Under the pieces are notes generated by a model, which made no database searches, was not told the DNA's origin, and worked only from the letters and a program-made list of their open reading frames with translations. 64,000 nucleotides of DNA from an uncultured Candidatus Saccharibacteria bacterium (GTDB lineage Bacteria; Patescibacteriota; JABMPQ01; JAQVVF01): positions 265,852 through 329,851 of the forward strand of contig CAZNOH010000001.1 in assembly GCA_964574655.1 (NCBI GenBank), in the 5' to 3' direction. Shown here in pieces: positions 36,495-46,373 of this stretch. Both the position numbers and the translations under genes were made by a program. Numbering within the stretch: position 1 is the first letter of the stretch; the number at the start of each line of letters is the position of its first letter.

Positions 36495-36566
36495 ATGAAA
36501 AAAATTACTGTAATTACAAATCGTCGTAGAAGTGAATTAATGGAAACTGGATTCCCGAATCTTTAA
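36495..36566 (+). CDS. Candidate leader peptide MKKITVITNRRRSELMETGFPNL (three consecutive Arg codons CGT CGT AGA)
   Basis: 23-codon ORF between the promoter and an intrinsic terminator, upstream of a gene with an extended Shine-Dalgarno (AGGAAGGAGGAGGG). Confidence 0.3.
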   Translation: MKKITVITNRRRSELMETGFPNL

Positions 36567-36592
36567 TTTTTTTAAAAAATTGATTGCATAAA

Positions 36593-36619
36593 GATCTCGG
36601 AAGTCCGAGGTCTTTTTTT
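36593..36619 (+). terminator. Intrinsic terminator/attenuator (GATCTCGG aagt CCGAGGTC plus T7)
   Basis: 8-bp stem with one G-U pair, followed by TTTTTTT, 26 nt upstream of the next gene's SD. Confidence 0.55.
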
Positions 36620-36645
36620 GCTTTTGAATAGGAAGGAGGAGGGAA

Positions 36646-37194
36646 ATGGAGAGAAGAATCTTGGAAGCAGGCCACTACTATAAGGCAAAGGGTCCTACAG
36701 CATGGTCAATGATTGGTTGGGGCGTGTTGGAACAGTTGAGGCAAGTTGATGATGTGACGATGTTGTTTGTTGATGACTTTCATGAATTGAAAGATTTGGA
36801 TGAGACAGAAAGAGAGGCTGATGTTGTGGAATTTGCTCCGAATCCGGATTATATTGTTTATGAAGCTTCTCAAATCTCGAATGCAAAAAAGGTTTTTGAG
36901 ATGTTGATGGCCCTTTCGGCAAAAAGACGGCCCAAGCAAAGAGAAGATGGCAGTTGGAAATTGAATGGTACGATCAAGTTGAGATATCCGAGTGGCAAGT
37001 TTACCTGTGTAATGTTGGATGCCGGACTTTGTCTGCAGAAGAGTGCAATTGCTTCTGAGGCAATCAATGTTGTTCCTTATTATTATGAATCTGAGCAAAG
37101 AAGTTTGCTGGCGATTTTGAAAAAAGCGATGCCAGACTTTTCTTTGCAAGTTGTTCTTTTTGAGCTGAATGGAGAATTTCGAATGCTCATGTAG
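36646..37194 (+). CDS. Hypothetical protein (182 aa), moderately elevated GC, very strong SD
   Basis: ORF with AGGAAGGAGGAGGG 6 nt upstream of the ATG; no recognisable motifs. Confidence 0.45.
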   Translation: MERRILEAGHYYKAKGPTAWSMIGWGVLEQLRQVDDVTMLFVDDFHELKDLDETEREADVVEFAPNPDYIVYEASQISNAKKVFEMLMALSAKRRPKQREDGSWKLNGTIKLRYPSGKFTCVMLDAGLCLQKSAIASEAINVVPYYYESEQRSLLAILKKAMPDFSLQVVLFELNGEFRMLM

Positions 37195-37241
37195 TTTTTA
37201 TTCTCCATTCCTTTTTTTATGAATTATTTATTTTAATATAT

Positions 37242-38336
37242 ATGAAATTGCAGATTGTTTGTTTGAAATGTGGCAAGAAATTTGACTTTGATAAAAAAAA
37301 TCCAAAATGTTGTTTGGATAGTTTTTATTATGATAATTTTACTCCAGTTGCAAAAAATGTTTTTGCTCTAAAAAGGAAATTAAAAAATAAATGGTTGAGT
37401 TTAGATGAAGGAAATACATTGCTTAAAAAATTTGAAAATTTGAATAAATATTTTTCTGGCGTTGAAATTTTTGGAAAAATGGAAAATTTAAATCCAACAG
37501 GATCATTCAAAGATCGAGAAACAGTTGTAGCAATCAATGTAGCAAAAGCGCAAAAAATCAAAAAAGTTGGCGTAATATCTTCTGGCAATGCAGCTTTGTC
37601 AGTTGCTTGTTATGCAAAAAAAGCTAAATTAAAATGTGTTTGTTTTGTGCCAAAAAAAGTTTCAAAAAGAAAATTAAAATTAATAGAATCTTTTGGCGCA
37701 AAAGTTGTAAAAAAGGCAGGATTTTTTGAGGATGTTTATAAAAATGTAATTGATAATGAAAAAAATATTTATCATTTATCTGCTGGGCAAAATTGTTTTA
37801 GAGATTTGGGCAGTCAAGAAATAAGTTTTGAAATATTTGAAAAATTTGGCAAGGATAATATGCCCGACAAGATTGTTGTTCCAGCTGGAAATGGATGTTT
37901 GCTATATAGCATATATAGAGGTTTTGAAGTATTGAAAAAAGATAATAAAATAAAAAAAATTCCGCAAATGATTGGAGTTCAGATGAAGAATGCTTCGCCG
38001 ATAAAAAAAGCATTAGAAAAAAAAGAATTGTATTGTGAATTAAAAAATATTAAAGATTCAATAGCTGAAGGAATCGTTGCTTTGGAAAGTTATTGTTCTC
38101 CCAAGGCAATTTTGGCATTAAAAAAAACAAAAGGCTTTGTAGTTGAAGTTACTGATAATGAAATTAAAAAATGGGATAAGATAATTCAGAAAAAAGAATC
38201 AATATTTTTAGAGCCAACTGCTGTTACTGTTTTTCCAGCTGTTAAAAAACTGAAATTAAAAAAAGGTGAAAAAGTTGTATTGATTTTGACAGGCAGTAAA
38301 AAGAAACAAACTACCGTTAGTGGTAGTTTGAGGTAA
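37242..38336 (+). CDS. Threonine synthase-like PLP-dependent enzyme (tryptophan-synthase beta fold) with N-terminal zinc ribbon
   Basis: MKLQIVCLKCGKKFDFDKKNPKCC N-terminus as in short ThrC forms; PLP-lysine context GSFKDRETVVAINVA; GVISSGNAALSVACYAKKA. Confidence 0.65.
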   Translation: MKLQIVCLKCGKKFDFDKKNPKCCLDSFYYDNFTPVAKNVFALKRKLKNKWLSLDEGNTLLKKFENLNKYFSGVEIFGKMENLNPTGSFKDRETVVAINVAKAQKIKKVGVISSGNAALSVACYAKKAKLKCVCFVPKKVSKRKLKLIESFGAKVVKKAGFFEDVYKNVIDNEKNIYHLSAGQNCFRDLGSQEISFEIFEKFGKDNMPDKIVVPAGNGCLLYSIYRGFEVLKKDNKIKKIPQMIGVQMKNASPIKKALEKKELYCELKNIKDSIAEGIVALESYCSPKAILALKKTKGFVVEVTDNEIKKWDKIIQKKESIFLEPTAVTVFPAVKKLKLKKGEKVVLILTGSKKKQTTVSGSLR

Positions 38337-38380
38337 AAAAAATCCTTCGAGATGAAGGATTGATAAAGTGCAAAATTTAA

Positions 38381-40228
38381 TTACATTTTTTCGGGGGCTT
38401 CGATTCCAAGCAATTCGAGGCCTTTTCTGATTACAATGCCGGTACATTTACAGAGTGCAAGGCGAGCAATTTTAGTCGGTTCTGGCACTTCGTCGGAAAG
38501 GATCCGATGGGCATTGTAGAACCGGTTGAAAGCTCTTGCAAGTTCGAAGAGGTAGGCCGAAATTTTTGATGGGTCATGGTTTTCGGCTGTAGCTTGAATC
38601 GTTGGTCCAAACTCAGTGAGAGCAAGGAGCAAGGAGTGCTCATCGCTCTCTTGTAATGCAGAGTAGTCAGTCGGAATTGTTGTCTCTCCAGCTTTTCGAA
38701 GTAGACTGGCAATTCTGGCATGTGTGTATTGGACGAAAGGTCCAGTACGGCCATTGAATGCGATTGACTTTTTGGGGTCATAGCGCATTTCTGAGAGAGC
38801 TTTGCTATCAAGGAAGAAGAATTTCAATGCTCCGAGTCCGACTTGGCGAGAGATCTCGTCTAGTTCGGCTTTAGAAAGCTTTTCTTCCCTTCCTTCGTTG
38901 AGAGCTTCAGCTTCAGTTTTGGCTAGTTCGACGATGCTTCTGATCAGATCATCAGCATCGATGATTTTGCCCAAGCGTGACTTCATCTTTCCTTCAGGTA
39001 GGTTGACCATACCGTAGGGAAGATGATAGAGCACTGTGTCCTTGACTTCTTCGATGCCGAGCATTTTTAGAAGCAGGAACAGAACTTTGAAATGGTGGAT
39101 CTGTTCAGAACCGACCACGTAGACAGATTTAGCAAGCGGGCGATAGTCAGCAGACTTCAAGATGGCAGTGCCAATGTCTTGAGTAATATAGAGAGAAGTG
39201 CCATCGGCGCGGAGAAGGAGCTTGTTGTCAAGCCCTTCAGCACTCAGATTGGCATAGACTGATCCATCTTCCATGCGGAAGAAGATTCCACGAGCCAATC
39301 CGTCTTGGACGTGTTGTCGTCCGAGGAGATAGGTGTCGCTCTCATAGTAGATTCGGTCAAATTCGATTCCGAGCTTGGCAAGAGTTGCATCGAAACCAGC
39401 ATAGGTCCAGTTGTTCATCATGTGCCAAAGGGCCATGACTTCCGGATCGCTGGCTTCCCATTTCAGGAGCATTTCTTTGACAGCCAAGGCTGGCGGATAC
39501 TGTTCTAGGAAAGCAGTTTTGCGTTCTTCCTTGTCATCCAAAGGAGCTTGTGGATCAAGTCCCTGAGATGTGAGAAGAGTAGCAAAAGCTTCATCTTCTC
39601 TTTTTCCGTACATGGCGTAATAGCGTCCAACGAAGTGGTCACCCTTGGTGCCAGTACTTTCTGGAGTTTCACCATCGCCCCAAGTCTGCCAAGCATAGAT
39701 GCTCTTGCAGATGTGGGCGCCACGGTCATTGATCAAGTTTGCTCGGATAACTTCAAATCCCATTGCTTGGAAAATTCGAGAGATGCTTGCACCAAGCAGA
39801 GCATTTCGAACATGTCCAAGATGCAAAGGCTTGTTGGAGTTTGGAGCCAGGAACTCGATCATCACTCGTTGGCCGTTGCCAACAGTGCTTGTGCCGTAGC
39901 TTAGGCTTTCTTCTAAGATCTGCGAGCAGACCAGTCTGGCCAAAGCTCCGGTGTTGAGGTGGATATTGACAAATGGTCCTTGAGCTTCAGCTCTTGCAAT
40001 TAAGTCCGAGGTTTCGAAACAACCAGTGATCCATTCAGCAATGTCTTTGGGATCGCCGAAGTCTTTCAGTTGAAAACAAGGAAATGCGAAATCGCCGAGT
40101 TCAGGCTTGGGCGGTTTTTTCATTTTGTCAGGAGAAAATTCTGTTGCAGAAAAATCTGGATTGATTGCTTGTTGCGCTGCAATCAAAAGTTGAGTGCAGA
40201 CAAATTCCAATAGATCTTGCGCTTTCAT
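38381..40228 (-). CDS. argS: Arginyl-tRNA synthetase
   Basis: N-terminal Arg_tRNA_synt_N-like domain (GPFVNIHLNTGAL), HIGH motif PNSNKPLHLGHVRNALLG, KMSKS-like EGKMKSRLG, DALR anticodon-binding region (VGLGALKFFFL). GGAGG SD precedes the ATG at 40228. GC about 47%. Confidence 0.8.
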   Translation of the reverse strand: MKAQDLLEFVCTQLLIAAQQAINPDFSATEFSPDKMKKPPKPELGDFAFPCFQLKDFGDPKDIAEWITGCFETSDLIARAEAQGPFVNIHLNTGALARLVCSQILEESLSYGTSTVGNGQRVMIEFLAPNSNKPLHLGHVRNALLGASISRIFQAMGFEVIRANLINDRGAHICKSIYAWQTWGDGETPESTGTKGDHFVGRYYAMYGKREDEAFATLLTSQGLDPQAPLDDKEERKTAFLEQYPPALAVKEMLLKWEASDPEVMALWHMMNNWTYAGFDATLAKLGIEFDRIYYESDTYLLGRQHVQDGLARGIFFRMEDGSVYANLSAEGLDNKLLLRADGTSLYITQDIGTAILKSADYRPLAKSVYVVGSEQIHHFKVLFLLLKMLGIEEVKDTVLYHLPYGMVNLPEGKMKSRLGKIIDADDLIRSIVELAKTEAEALNEGREEKLSKAELDEISRQVGLGALKFFFLDSKALSEMRYDPKKSIAFNGRTGPFVQYTHARIASLLRKAGETTIPTDYSALQESDEHSLLLALTEFGPTIQATAENHDPSKISAYLFELARAFNRFYNAHRILSDEVPEPTKIARLALCKCTGIVIRKGLELLGIEAPEKM

Positions 40229-40244
40229 TTCGGGCCTCCTTTTA

Positions 40245-41483
40245 TCAGACATCATCACGCAGGAGCGGGCAGGTCATACAACGAGGACCACCGCGACCGC
40301 GAGAGAGTTCAGCGCCGGGGAGGGCAATAGCAAGTTTCCAGCCAACATTCTCGTGCTGATACATATAATATCCGGAATTGCGGACGAATTCATCGGCATC
40401 AATTACCTTGTAGCCACGTGTGCTGAGTTCCAGCAGAGTGTTGTCATTACAGTCGTAACCAATGACAACGCCAGGCGCAAGGGCAAACATGTTGGCGCCA
40501 TCAGTCCATTGCTCGCGCAATTGACTGATTTCGTTATTACCGCCGCAGACGATTGGATCAAGTTCGATGCCATTGGCATAAAGAAATTCAATCAAATTGC
40601 ATTCTTCAGTGGTCCATCTATTGATTTTCTTCGAACGGTATTCGATTTTCAGCTCACCATTTTTGAGAACCTTGGGGGCGTGAACAATCGCTTCGGTTTG
40701 TGAGATGCGAGTAAAGATGGTATCGAGGTGCATGCAAGAGCGAGCTTTGGCGAGCCTGACTCGAGCGACGGTTTGGAAACCGTTTTGGAGCAGCCGATCG
40801 GCGAGCCGGTCGATAGCAGTTTCGTTGGTTCTTTCGGAGCAGCCGACCAAAACGACATGTTCGTTCATCACTGCCATGTCTCCGCCTTCGATAGTGACGA
40901 TTTGGTCTTGTCCTTCATTGATATCGATTTGTTTGAGACCGGCGAAGAGCGGATGGTACTTTAGAACTAGCTGGGTCAGCGCCATCTCTCGCTTTCGGGC
41001 TTTTTTGCTGGCGTAGCATGAGACTGCATGATTGCCGACGATTGCTGCGATATCACGAGTGAAAATCAAGTTTGGTGCGGGATGGAAATATTCTTCATCG
41101 TCCAGCTGGCCATCATGCCGACCAACAATCAGAGTTCGAGTGAGCTGGTCGCCTTCGAGCCTAAGTAGTTTTTCCTGAATTCTTTTGGAGATACGTTTGA
41201 TTTCAATAACAATTTGAATTGCTTGTTTGCGGACATCTGGATCTCTAAATACGTAGGTCATTAGGTCTTCGATGGTCACGACATCAGCAACGGCGCGAAT
41301 AATTTCGACAAAAGTTTGATATTCTTGCTTGGTTCTTCCCATATTAACAATGTCATCATAGAGCAGAGATCGACAGTTCTGAGGAGTCAAAAGTGCATGA
41401 TTATTTCCAGGGAAATGAAGCATGACTTGACGGAGTCGTCCGATTTCTGAATAAATTCTCAATCCTGTTGTTGCCTGTTCCAT
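40245..41483 (-). CDS. arcA: Arginine deiminase
   Basis: About 410 aa with ...MHLDTIFT..., DGANMFALAPGVVIGY and C-terminal LSRGRGGPRCMTCPLLRD (catalytic Cys signature of ADI); AAGGAG SD; GC about 45%. Confidence 0.85.
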   Translation of the reverse strand: MEQATTGLRIYSEIGRLRQVMLHFPGNNHALLTPQNCRSLLYDDIVNMGRTKQEYQTFVEIIRAVADVVTIEDLMTYVFRDPDVRKQAIQIVIEIKRISKRIQEKLLRLEGDQLTRTLIVGRHDGQLDDEEYFHPAPNLIFTRDIAAIVGNHAVSCYASKKARKREMALTQLVLKYHPLFAGLKQIDINEGQDQIVTIEGGDMAVMNEHVVLVGCSERTNETAIDRLADRLLQNGFQTVARVRLAKARSCMHLDTIFTRISQTEAIVHAPKVLKNGELKIEYRSKKINRWTTEECNLIEFLYANGIELDPIVCGGNNEISQLREQWTDGANMFALAPGVVIGYDCNDNTLLELSTRGYKVIDADEFVRNSGYYMYQHENVGWKLAIALPGAELSRGRGGPRCMTCPLLRDDV

Positions 41484-41704
41484 CTTTTTTTCGCTCCTTG
41501 CAGGTTTTCTCCTGCTGTTGTCTTGAGATTCTATTCGTTTCCAAATTTTCTGAAAAAATGTAATAAATTGTGAAGGTGCTTCTGGACATTATAATCTTAT
41601 AATAGATTATTGCAATAGCTTTAGGCTAAGCGTGCTATTGTTATAATTTTAAGGACGTGTTAAATTATGTTGAACAGGTTACCCGAGGAAGGGAGGAGGA
41701 GAAA

Positions 41705-42925
41705 ATGACAGAGACGGAACGTTTGATTGGGTTGGAAGATGCGTATGGAGCCAGAATTTACAGCACTTTGCCAATAGTTTTCAAAGAAGCAAATGGAGCA
41801 ATTTTGACTGATGTTGAAGGTATCGAATATATCGATGCTTATTCTGCTTATAGCGCCAATATCAGTCATCGAGATCCTCGTTTGATTTGTGCGGTAATGG
41901 GTCAGTATATGACTGGTCTTGCTTTGACTGCGCGTTGCGTTCATCACAATCGGCTTGGGCCTTGGATGGAAAGAGTGTGCAAGCTGACTGGAATGGATCG
42001 AGTTATTCCGAAGAATGGCGGAGTTGAAGCAGATGAGGCAGCGTGGAAAGCAATGTTGCGTTATGGTGTTCGAAAGATGGGAATTGAAAATGGGAATCAG
42101 AGAATTGTGGTGATGAAGGGTGCATTTTCTGGTCGGACATTGACTGCTTTGTCGGCAATGGACAATGAAAAGTATCGGAAAGATTTTGGTCCGATGAGTC
42201 CAGTTTTTGTTCCTGTTGAATTTGGAAATTTGATTGCATTAATACATGCATTGAGAGACGAAAATGTAGTTGGGGTGTTTATGGAACCATGGCTTGGTGA
42301 AGGTGGAGTAATTCCTGCGCCACGAGGTTATCTGGTTGCTGTTGTGAAAGAAGCGCACAAAATGGGAAAGATTGTTGTTTTTGATGAGATTCAAACTGGA
42401 CTTGGTCGAACAGGCAAGCTTTTTGCTTGGCAACATGATGGCGGAAAAGCTAAACCGGATGGTATTTGTCTTGGCAAGGCTTTGTCTGGTGGAATGTTCC
42501 CAATGAGTGCATTCTTGGGGACAGAAGACTTGATGAGTGTTTTTGATCCTGGATCTGATGGTTCAACCTATGGTGGAAATCCAGTTGCTTGCGCTGCGTC
42601 TATGGCGGCACTGGATATCATCGAACAGGATGATTTGGTTGAAAAGTCGCGAGACATGGGTGAAAGGGCTCTGAATTTTTTCAGAACAAACTTGGAGCAA
42701 ATACCTGGCGTAGTCGATATTCGTGGTGGAGGCTTGTTTATTGGAATCCAATTGGATCGACCTGTTGCGCCAGTTTGTGAAATGTTGCTTCAGAAATATC
42801 ATGTTGTTTGTTTGGATACGCACAAAGATGTCTTGCGTTTTGCGCCCCCTCTTTGTATTACTGAGTATCAATTTCAAAAAGTTATATCGAAGATTGTTGA
42901 AGCAATCGAAACGTTCCTTGCTTAG
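41705..42925 (+). CDS. Ornithine aminotransferase (class-III PLP aminotransferase; RocD/ArgD-like)
   Basis: N-terminus aligns with OAT (YGARIYSTLPIVFKEANGAILTDVEGIEYIDAYSAYSA); DEIQTGLGRTGKLFA plus PLP-lysine GKALSGG. GGAGGAG SD before the ATG at 41705. Confidence 0.8.
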   Translation: MTETERLIGLEDAYGARIYSTLPIVFKEANGAILTDVEGIEYIDAYSAYSANISHRDPRLICAVMGQYMTGLALTARCVHHNRLGPWMERVCKLTGMDRVIPKNGGVEADEAAWKAMLRYGVRKMGIENGNQRIVVMKGAFSGRTLTALSAMDNEKYRKDFGPMSPVFVPVEFGNLIALIHALRDENVVGVFMEPWLGEGGVIPAPRGYLVAVVKEAHKMGKIVVFDEIQTGLGRTGKLFAWQHDGGKAKPDGICLGKALSGGMFPMSAFLGTEDLMSVFDPGSDGSTYGGNPVACAASMAALDIIEQDDLVEKSRDMGERALNFFRTNLEQIPGVVDIRGGGLFIGIQLDRPVAPVCEMLLQKYHVVCLDTHKDVLRFAPPLCITEYQFQKVISKIVEAIETFLA

Positions 42926-42987
42926 AACTCACTAATTTTGTGAGTTTTTTTATTTGGTAAAATAAAAAAAACGACATTTAGAGTCGT

Positions 42988-43929
42988 TTAAAGTTCAGGC
43001 AGAAAGATTTCAGCGAGCATGCAACGAGCACTGCCACCGCCATATGTTTCAATAGTATCAAGAGGAATTTGGAGAATTGTGCCATGGTTTTGAAGCATTT
43101 CAATTTGTTCTTGTGCGAGAAACGTGTATGCTTGTTTTGACATGACGATAAATCTTCGGCCAGTTTTACTTTTGATTTGGAGTACATTGCCGGCAAAGTG
43201 GTTCATTTGCTCCATTGTCAACTCGATTATTTCGCGGCGTGCAAGACGGGCATGAGTAAGAATGCTTTGATGATATCGGTCTGGAATAGCTTTTAGACAA
43301 ACGATTTGGAATTGTTCGCCGATGGACATCACAACATTGGTGTGGTAAACAGGAATGGTGTTTTGATTAAATGCTTGAAAAGCTACCAAAGAGTACATCA
43401 TTTTTTTAGCGAATTCTTCCAAGACTTTGAGATGAGTTCGTGGTGAGAGACAAGCGTAAGCAATTCCGTTTCGGCGATCAAGTACCATACTGCCTGTTCC
43501 TTCAAGGAAGAGACCTTGTTCTTCCTGGGCAGTGATATCAGATATTGTACTGATTTTGAATTTGGTTGCAAGTTGTTCAATGATGTCATGTCTTCTTTCT
43601 GGGCGGCGGTTTTCAGCTAGCATCGGATAGATAACAACAGTTCCGTTTTCATGGAAAGAAACCCAATTGTTGGGAAAGATTGAGTCTGGTGTGTGAGGTT
43701 CTGGTGTATCTTCAATTACAATAACATTTACTCCGTGATTTCGAAGTATTGCAACAAAGTTATCAAATTCTTTTAGCGCAGCTTGATGAGTCTCTGGAAT
43801 TTGTGAATTCACATCGTCTTTTTGGAATGTGCAGGTTTCAACAGTTTGTGTGTTTAAAGTGAATCGGGCTGGTCTGATCATAAGTATAGAACTCGTTGTT
43901 TGTTGTTCTAGTGTTACTTTGTTTTTCAT
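42988..43929 (-). CDS. Amidinotransferase-superfamily hydrolase (DDAH/citrulline-ureidase CtlX-like)
   Basis: About 313 aa ending ...ETYGGGSARCMLAEIFLPEL (catalytic Cys in the GGGxxRC context of the guanidino-group-modifying enzyme superfamily). GGAGGG SD before the ATG at 43929. Confidence 0.6.
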   Translation of the reverse strand: MKNKVTLEQQTTSSILMIRPARFTLNTQTVETCTFQKDDVNSQIPETHQAALKEFDNFVAILRNHGVNVIVIEDTPEPHTPDSIFPNNWVSFHENGTVVIYPMLAENRRPERRHDIIEQLATKFKISTISDITAQEEQGLFLEGTGSMVLDRRNGIAYACLSPRTHLKVLEEFAKKMMYSLVAFQAFNQNTIPVYHTNVVMSIGEQFQIVCLKAIPDRYHQSILTHARLARREIIELTMEQMNHFAGNVLQIKSKTGRRFIVMSKQAYTFLAQEQIEMLQNHGTILQIPLDTIETYGGGSARCMLAEIFLPEL

Positions 43930-44033
43930 CTTCGTCCCTCCTTGTTGGGAAAGTGCTATAGTTAGCATAGGCTTAAAATATTTGTTTGTCAATTTTTGTC
44001 AAAGAAAAAACAACATCAAAGATGTTGTTTGGG

Positions 44034-44107
44034 TGGTCCTGGCCGGGTTCGAACCGGTGACCTTTCGCTCCGCAGGCGAACGCTCTATCCAGCTGAGCTA
44101 CAGGACC
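44034..44107 (-). tRNA. tRNA-Arg (anticodon GCG)
   Basis: Reverse complement GGTCCTGTAGCTCAGCTGGATAGAGCGTTCGCCTGCGGAGCGAAAGGTCACCGGTTCGAACCCGGCCAGGACCA; anticodon loop CTGCGGA; perfect cloverleaf. Confidence 0.85.
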
Positions 44108-44187
44108 TAAAGGTGCAAAATGTCAATGTGTTGTGTGAAGGTGCGAGAAGAAATAAATTGGTTGTTTTGCAAAAAGTGTTAACTTTT

Positions 44188-44263
44188 TGGTAGGCCTGAT
44201 CGGGCTCGAACCGACGACCCTCCGCTTAGAAGGCGGACGCTCTATCCACTGAGCTACAGGCCC
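44188..44263 (-). tRNA. tRNA-Arg (anticodon TCT), CCA encoded
   Basis: GGGCCTGTAGCTCAGTGGATAGAGCGTCCGCCTTCTAAGCGGAGGGTCGTCGGTTCGAGCCCGATCAGGCCTACCA; anticodon loop CTTCTAA. Confidence 0.85.
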
Positions 44264-44295
44264 GAAAATCTGAATGAATAAACTGAATTTCTGGG

Positions 44296-44369
44296 TGGGC
44301 GTGACCAGATTCGAACTGGCGACCATCCGCTTCGAAGGCGGATACTCTATCCACCTGAGCTACACGCCC
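44296..44369 (-). tRNA. tRNA-Arg (anticodon TCG)
   Basis: GGGCGTGTAGCTCAGGTGGATAGAGTATCCGCCTTCGAAGCGGATGGTCGCCAGTTCGAATCTGGTCACGCCCA; anticodon loop CTTCGAA. Confidence 0.85.
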
Positions 44370-44386
44370 TAATGAGAACTGATGTC

Positions 44387-44460
44387 GTGACCCCAGCGAG
44401 GTTCGAACCCGCGACCTACGGATTAGGAATCCGTCGCTCTATCCAGCTGAGCTATGGGGC
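44387..44460 (-). tRNA. tRNA-Arg (anticodon CCT)
   Basis: GGCCCCATAGCTCAGCTGGATAGAGCGACGGATTCCTAATCCGTAGGTCGCGGGTTCGAACCTCGCTGGGGTCA; anticodon loop TTCCTAA. Confidence 0.85.
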
Positions 44461-44480
44461 CTAAAAGGAACAAGAATGAA

Positions 44481-44556
<76 letters not shown>

Positions 44557-44711
44557 GAACTTCGAAAGCGAAGATATTTATTTCTAATATTGTAGTTTAA
44601 TGTAATTGATTTAAGATGTCAAGAGAATCTCGTTTTATGATTGTTTGACAAAAGAATTTCAAAAATTGGATGGTTTAAAAAAACTATGACAAAAAAATCA
44701 TGGTTTTAAAA

Positions 44712-45254
44712 CTATTTTTTGTTTATTTTTTTGTCAAGTTCTTTGCGAGTATAAAGTTTTTTATTCCAAGTTTTCTTTGAAATAGGAAAGGGTTTGTTTC
44801 TTTTTAAATAGCTAATCAATTCATTTAAAACTCCAATGCAGTATTGAGCGGTCACTTTTTTCAGAAGGCTAGATTTTGAAATATCATTTATTGGAAAAGT
44901 TCTGACTATTATAATTTTTCCATGATCGATTTTTATATCCATAAAATGCGAGGTAACACCGTAATTTTTATCTTTGTTTTTTATTGCATAATAATAACCT
45001 CCTATGCCTCTGTATTTTGGAGGTGCGGGGTGAATATTAATAGCTCCCTTTTTTGCTTTTTTGAGGATTTTTTCATTTAAAATGAGATCTGATTTGTAGG
45101 AAATTATCCAATCTCCTTTCCAATTGCTTATCTGAGATGGATATTTGTTACCATGATTATAAAGAATTATTAAATTTTCCAAAAAATTACTTTGTATAAT
45201 TTTTGTAGCAAGCTTACTCGAATTTGATTTGTCGCCTATAAATAATATTTTCAT
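44712..45254 (-). CDS. Formyltransferase-family protein (PurN/Fmt N-terminal-domain-like)
   Basis: INIHPAPPKYRGIGG and GVTSHFMDIKIDHGKII correspond to the formyl-transferase catalytic motifs; 180 aa. Confidence 0.55.
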   Translation of the reverse strand: MKILFIGDKSNSSKLATKIIQSNFLENLIILYNHGNKYPSQISNWKGDWIISYKSDLILNEKILKKAKKGAINIHPAPPKYRGIGGYYYAIKNKDKNYGVTSHFMDIKIDHGKIIIVRTFPINDISKSSLLKKVTAQYCIGVLNELISYLKRNKPFPISKKTWNKKLYTRKELDKKINKK

Positions 45255-45425
45255 ATTTTTATGTAAATAGTTTTTCGAGACTGTATTGCAAGCTAATAAT
45301 TTTATTTAAATTGTTCTTGTAAATTTTACTATTTATGTTGGCACGTCTTAAAATTTTTGTCAAGATGTTTATAACTTTGTTGACAAAAAAACTCAAGACG
45401 CTATTATGGTATAAATACTTATATT

Positions 45426-46373
45426 ATGATTAAAGTAGAAAATCTTACAAAAACATACGCAGATTTTAAAGCGCTTGACGGTGTTTCTTTTGAGGTTCAA
45501 AAGGGAGAAGTCATTGGCTTTTTAGGTCCTAATGGCGCTGGAAAAACAACAACAATGAGAATTTTGACTGGTTTTTTCCCTCCAACTTCAGGAAGAGTTG
45601 AGATTGATGGTTTTGATGTTTTTAGCGATTCATTGGAAGTTCGCAAAAGAATTGGTTACTTGCCAGAAAATACGCCATTATATCAAGACATGGAAGTTTA
45701 TTCTTTTTTGAGATATATTGCAGAATTGAAAGATGTTGAACCAGAAAAGAAAAATCAGCATATCAAGAATATTATGATTCGTTGCGGAATTGAACACATG
45801 AAAAATGAAATTATTTCTCGCCTTTCAAAAGGTTATAAACAAAGAGTTGGTTTAGCGCAAGCGTTGATTGGCGATCCAAAGGTTTTGATTCTAGATGAAC
45901 CAACAATTGGTTTAGATCCAAAGCAGATTATTGAGATTAGAAATTTGATTAAAGAATTAGGCAAGGAAAAAACAATTATATTATCAACTCATATTTTACC
46001 AGAAGTTGCAGTTACTTGTTCTAGAGTGATTATTATCAATGACGGAAAGATTGTAGCTGAAGACACGCCAGAGAATTTGGAAAATAAGGTTTCTGGAGTG
46101 GCAAAAGTAATTGTTACGGTGCGTGGTGGAAATCCTGATTTAATCAAGACAAGATTGCAAGGAATCAAGGGTGTCAGTAATGTGACTGTTTTAAAAAATA
46201 ATGCAGGTTTAACTGATTTAAGCGTTCAATCAGAAAAGGATGTTGATACTAGAGATAAGATTTCGCAAATTGTTGTTCAAAATAATTGGGGATTGATTGA
46301 AATGCACAGAGAGACATTAGGATTAGAAGAAATATTTTTGAAACTTACAAAGAAGGAAAATTCTAAATCCTAA
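45426..46373 (+). CDS. ABC transporter ATP-binding protein (ABC-2/GldA-like)
   Basis: GPNGAGKTTTMRIL, LSKGYKQRVGLAQAL and LILDEPTIGLD motifs. Confidence 0.85.
   Translation: MIKVENLTKTYADFKALDGVSFEVQKGEVIGFLGPNGAGKTTTMRILTGFFPPTSGRVEIDGFDVFSDSLEVRKRIGYLPENTPLYQDMEVYSFLRYIAELKDVEPEKKNQHIKNIMIRCGIEHMKNEIISRLSKGYKQRVGLAQALIGDPKVLILDEPTIGLDPKQIIEIRNLIKELGKEKTIILSTHILPEVAVTCSRVIIINDGKIVAEDTPENLENKVSGVAKVIVTVRGGNPDLIKTRLQGIKGVSNVTVLKNNAGLTDLSVQSEKDVDTRDKISQIVVQNNWGLIEMHRETLGLEEIFLKLTKKENSKS

Noticed and set aside
38431-41016. Numerous overlapping ORFs on both strands across the argS/arcA region (e.g. 38431..38811, 39548..39904, 40194..40703, 40705..41016)
   Set aside because: These are shadow ORFs caused by the higher GC (fewer stop codons) of the island; argS and arcA have clear family motifs and SDs, while the shadows have none.
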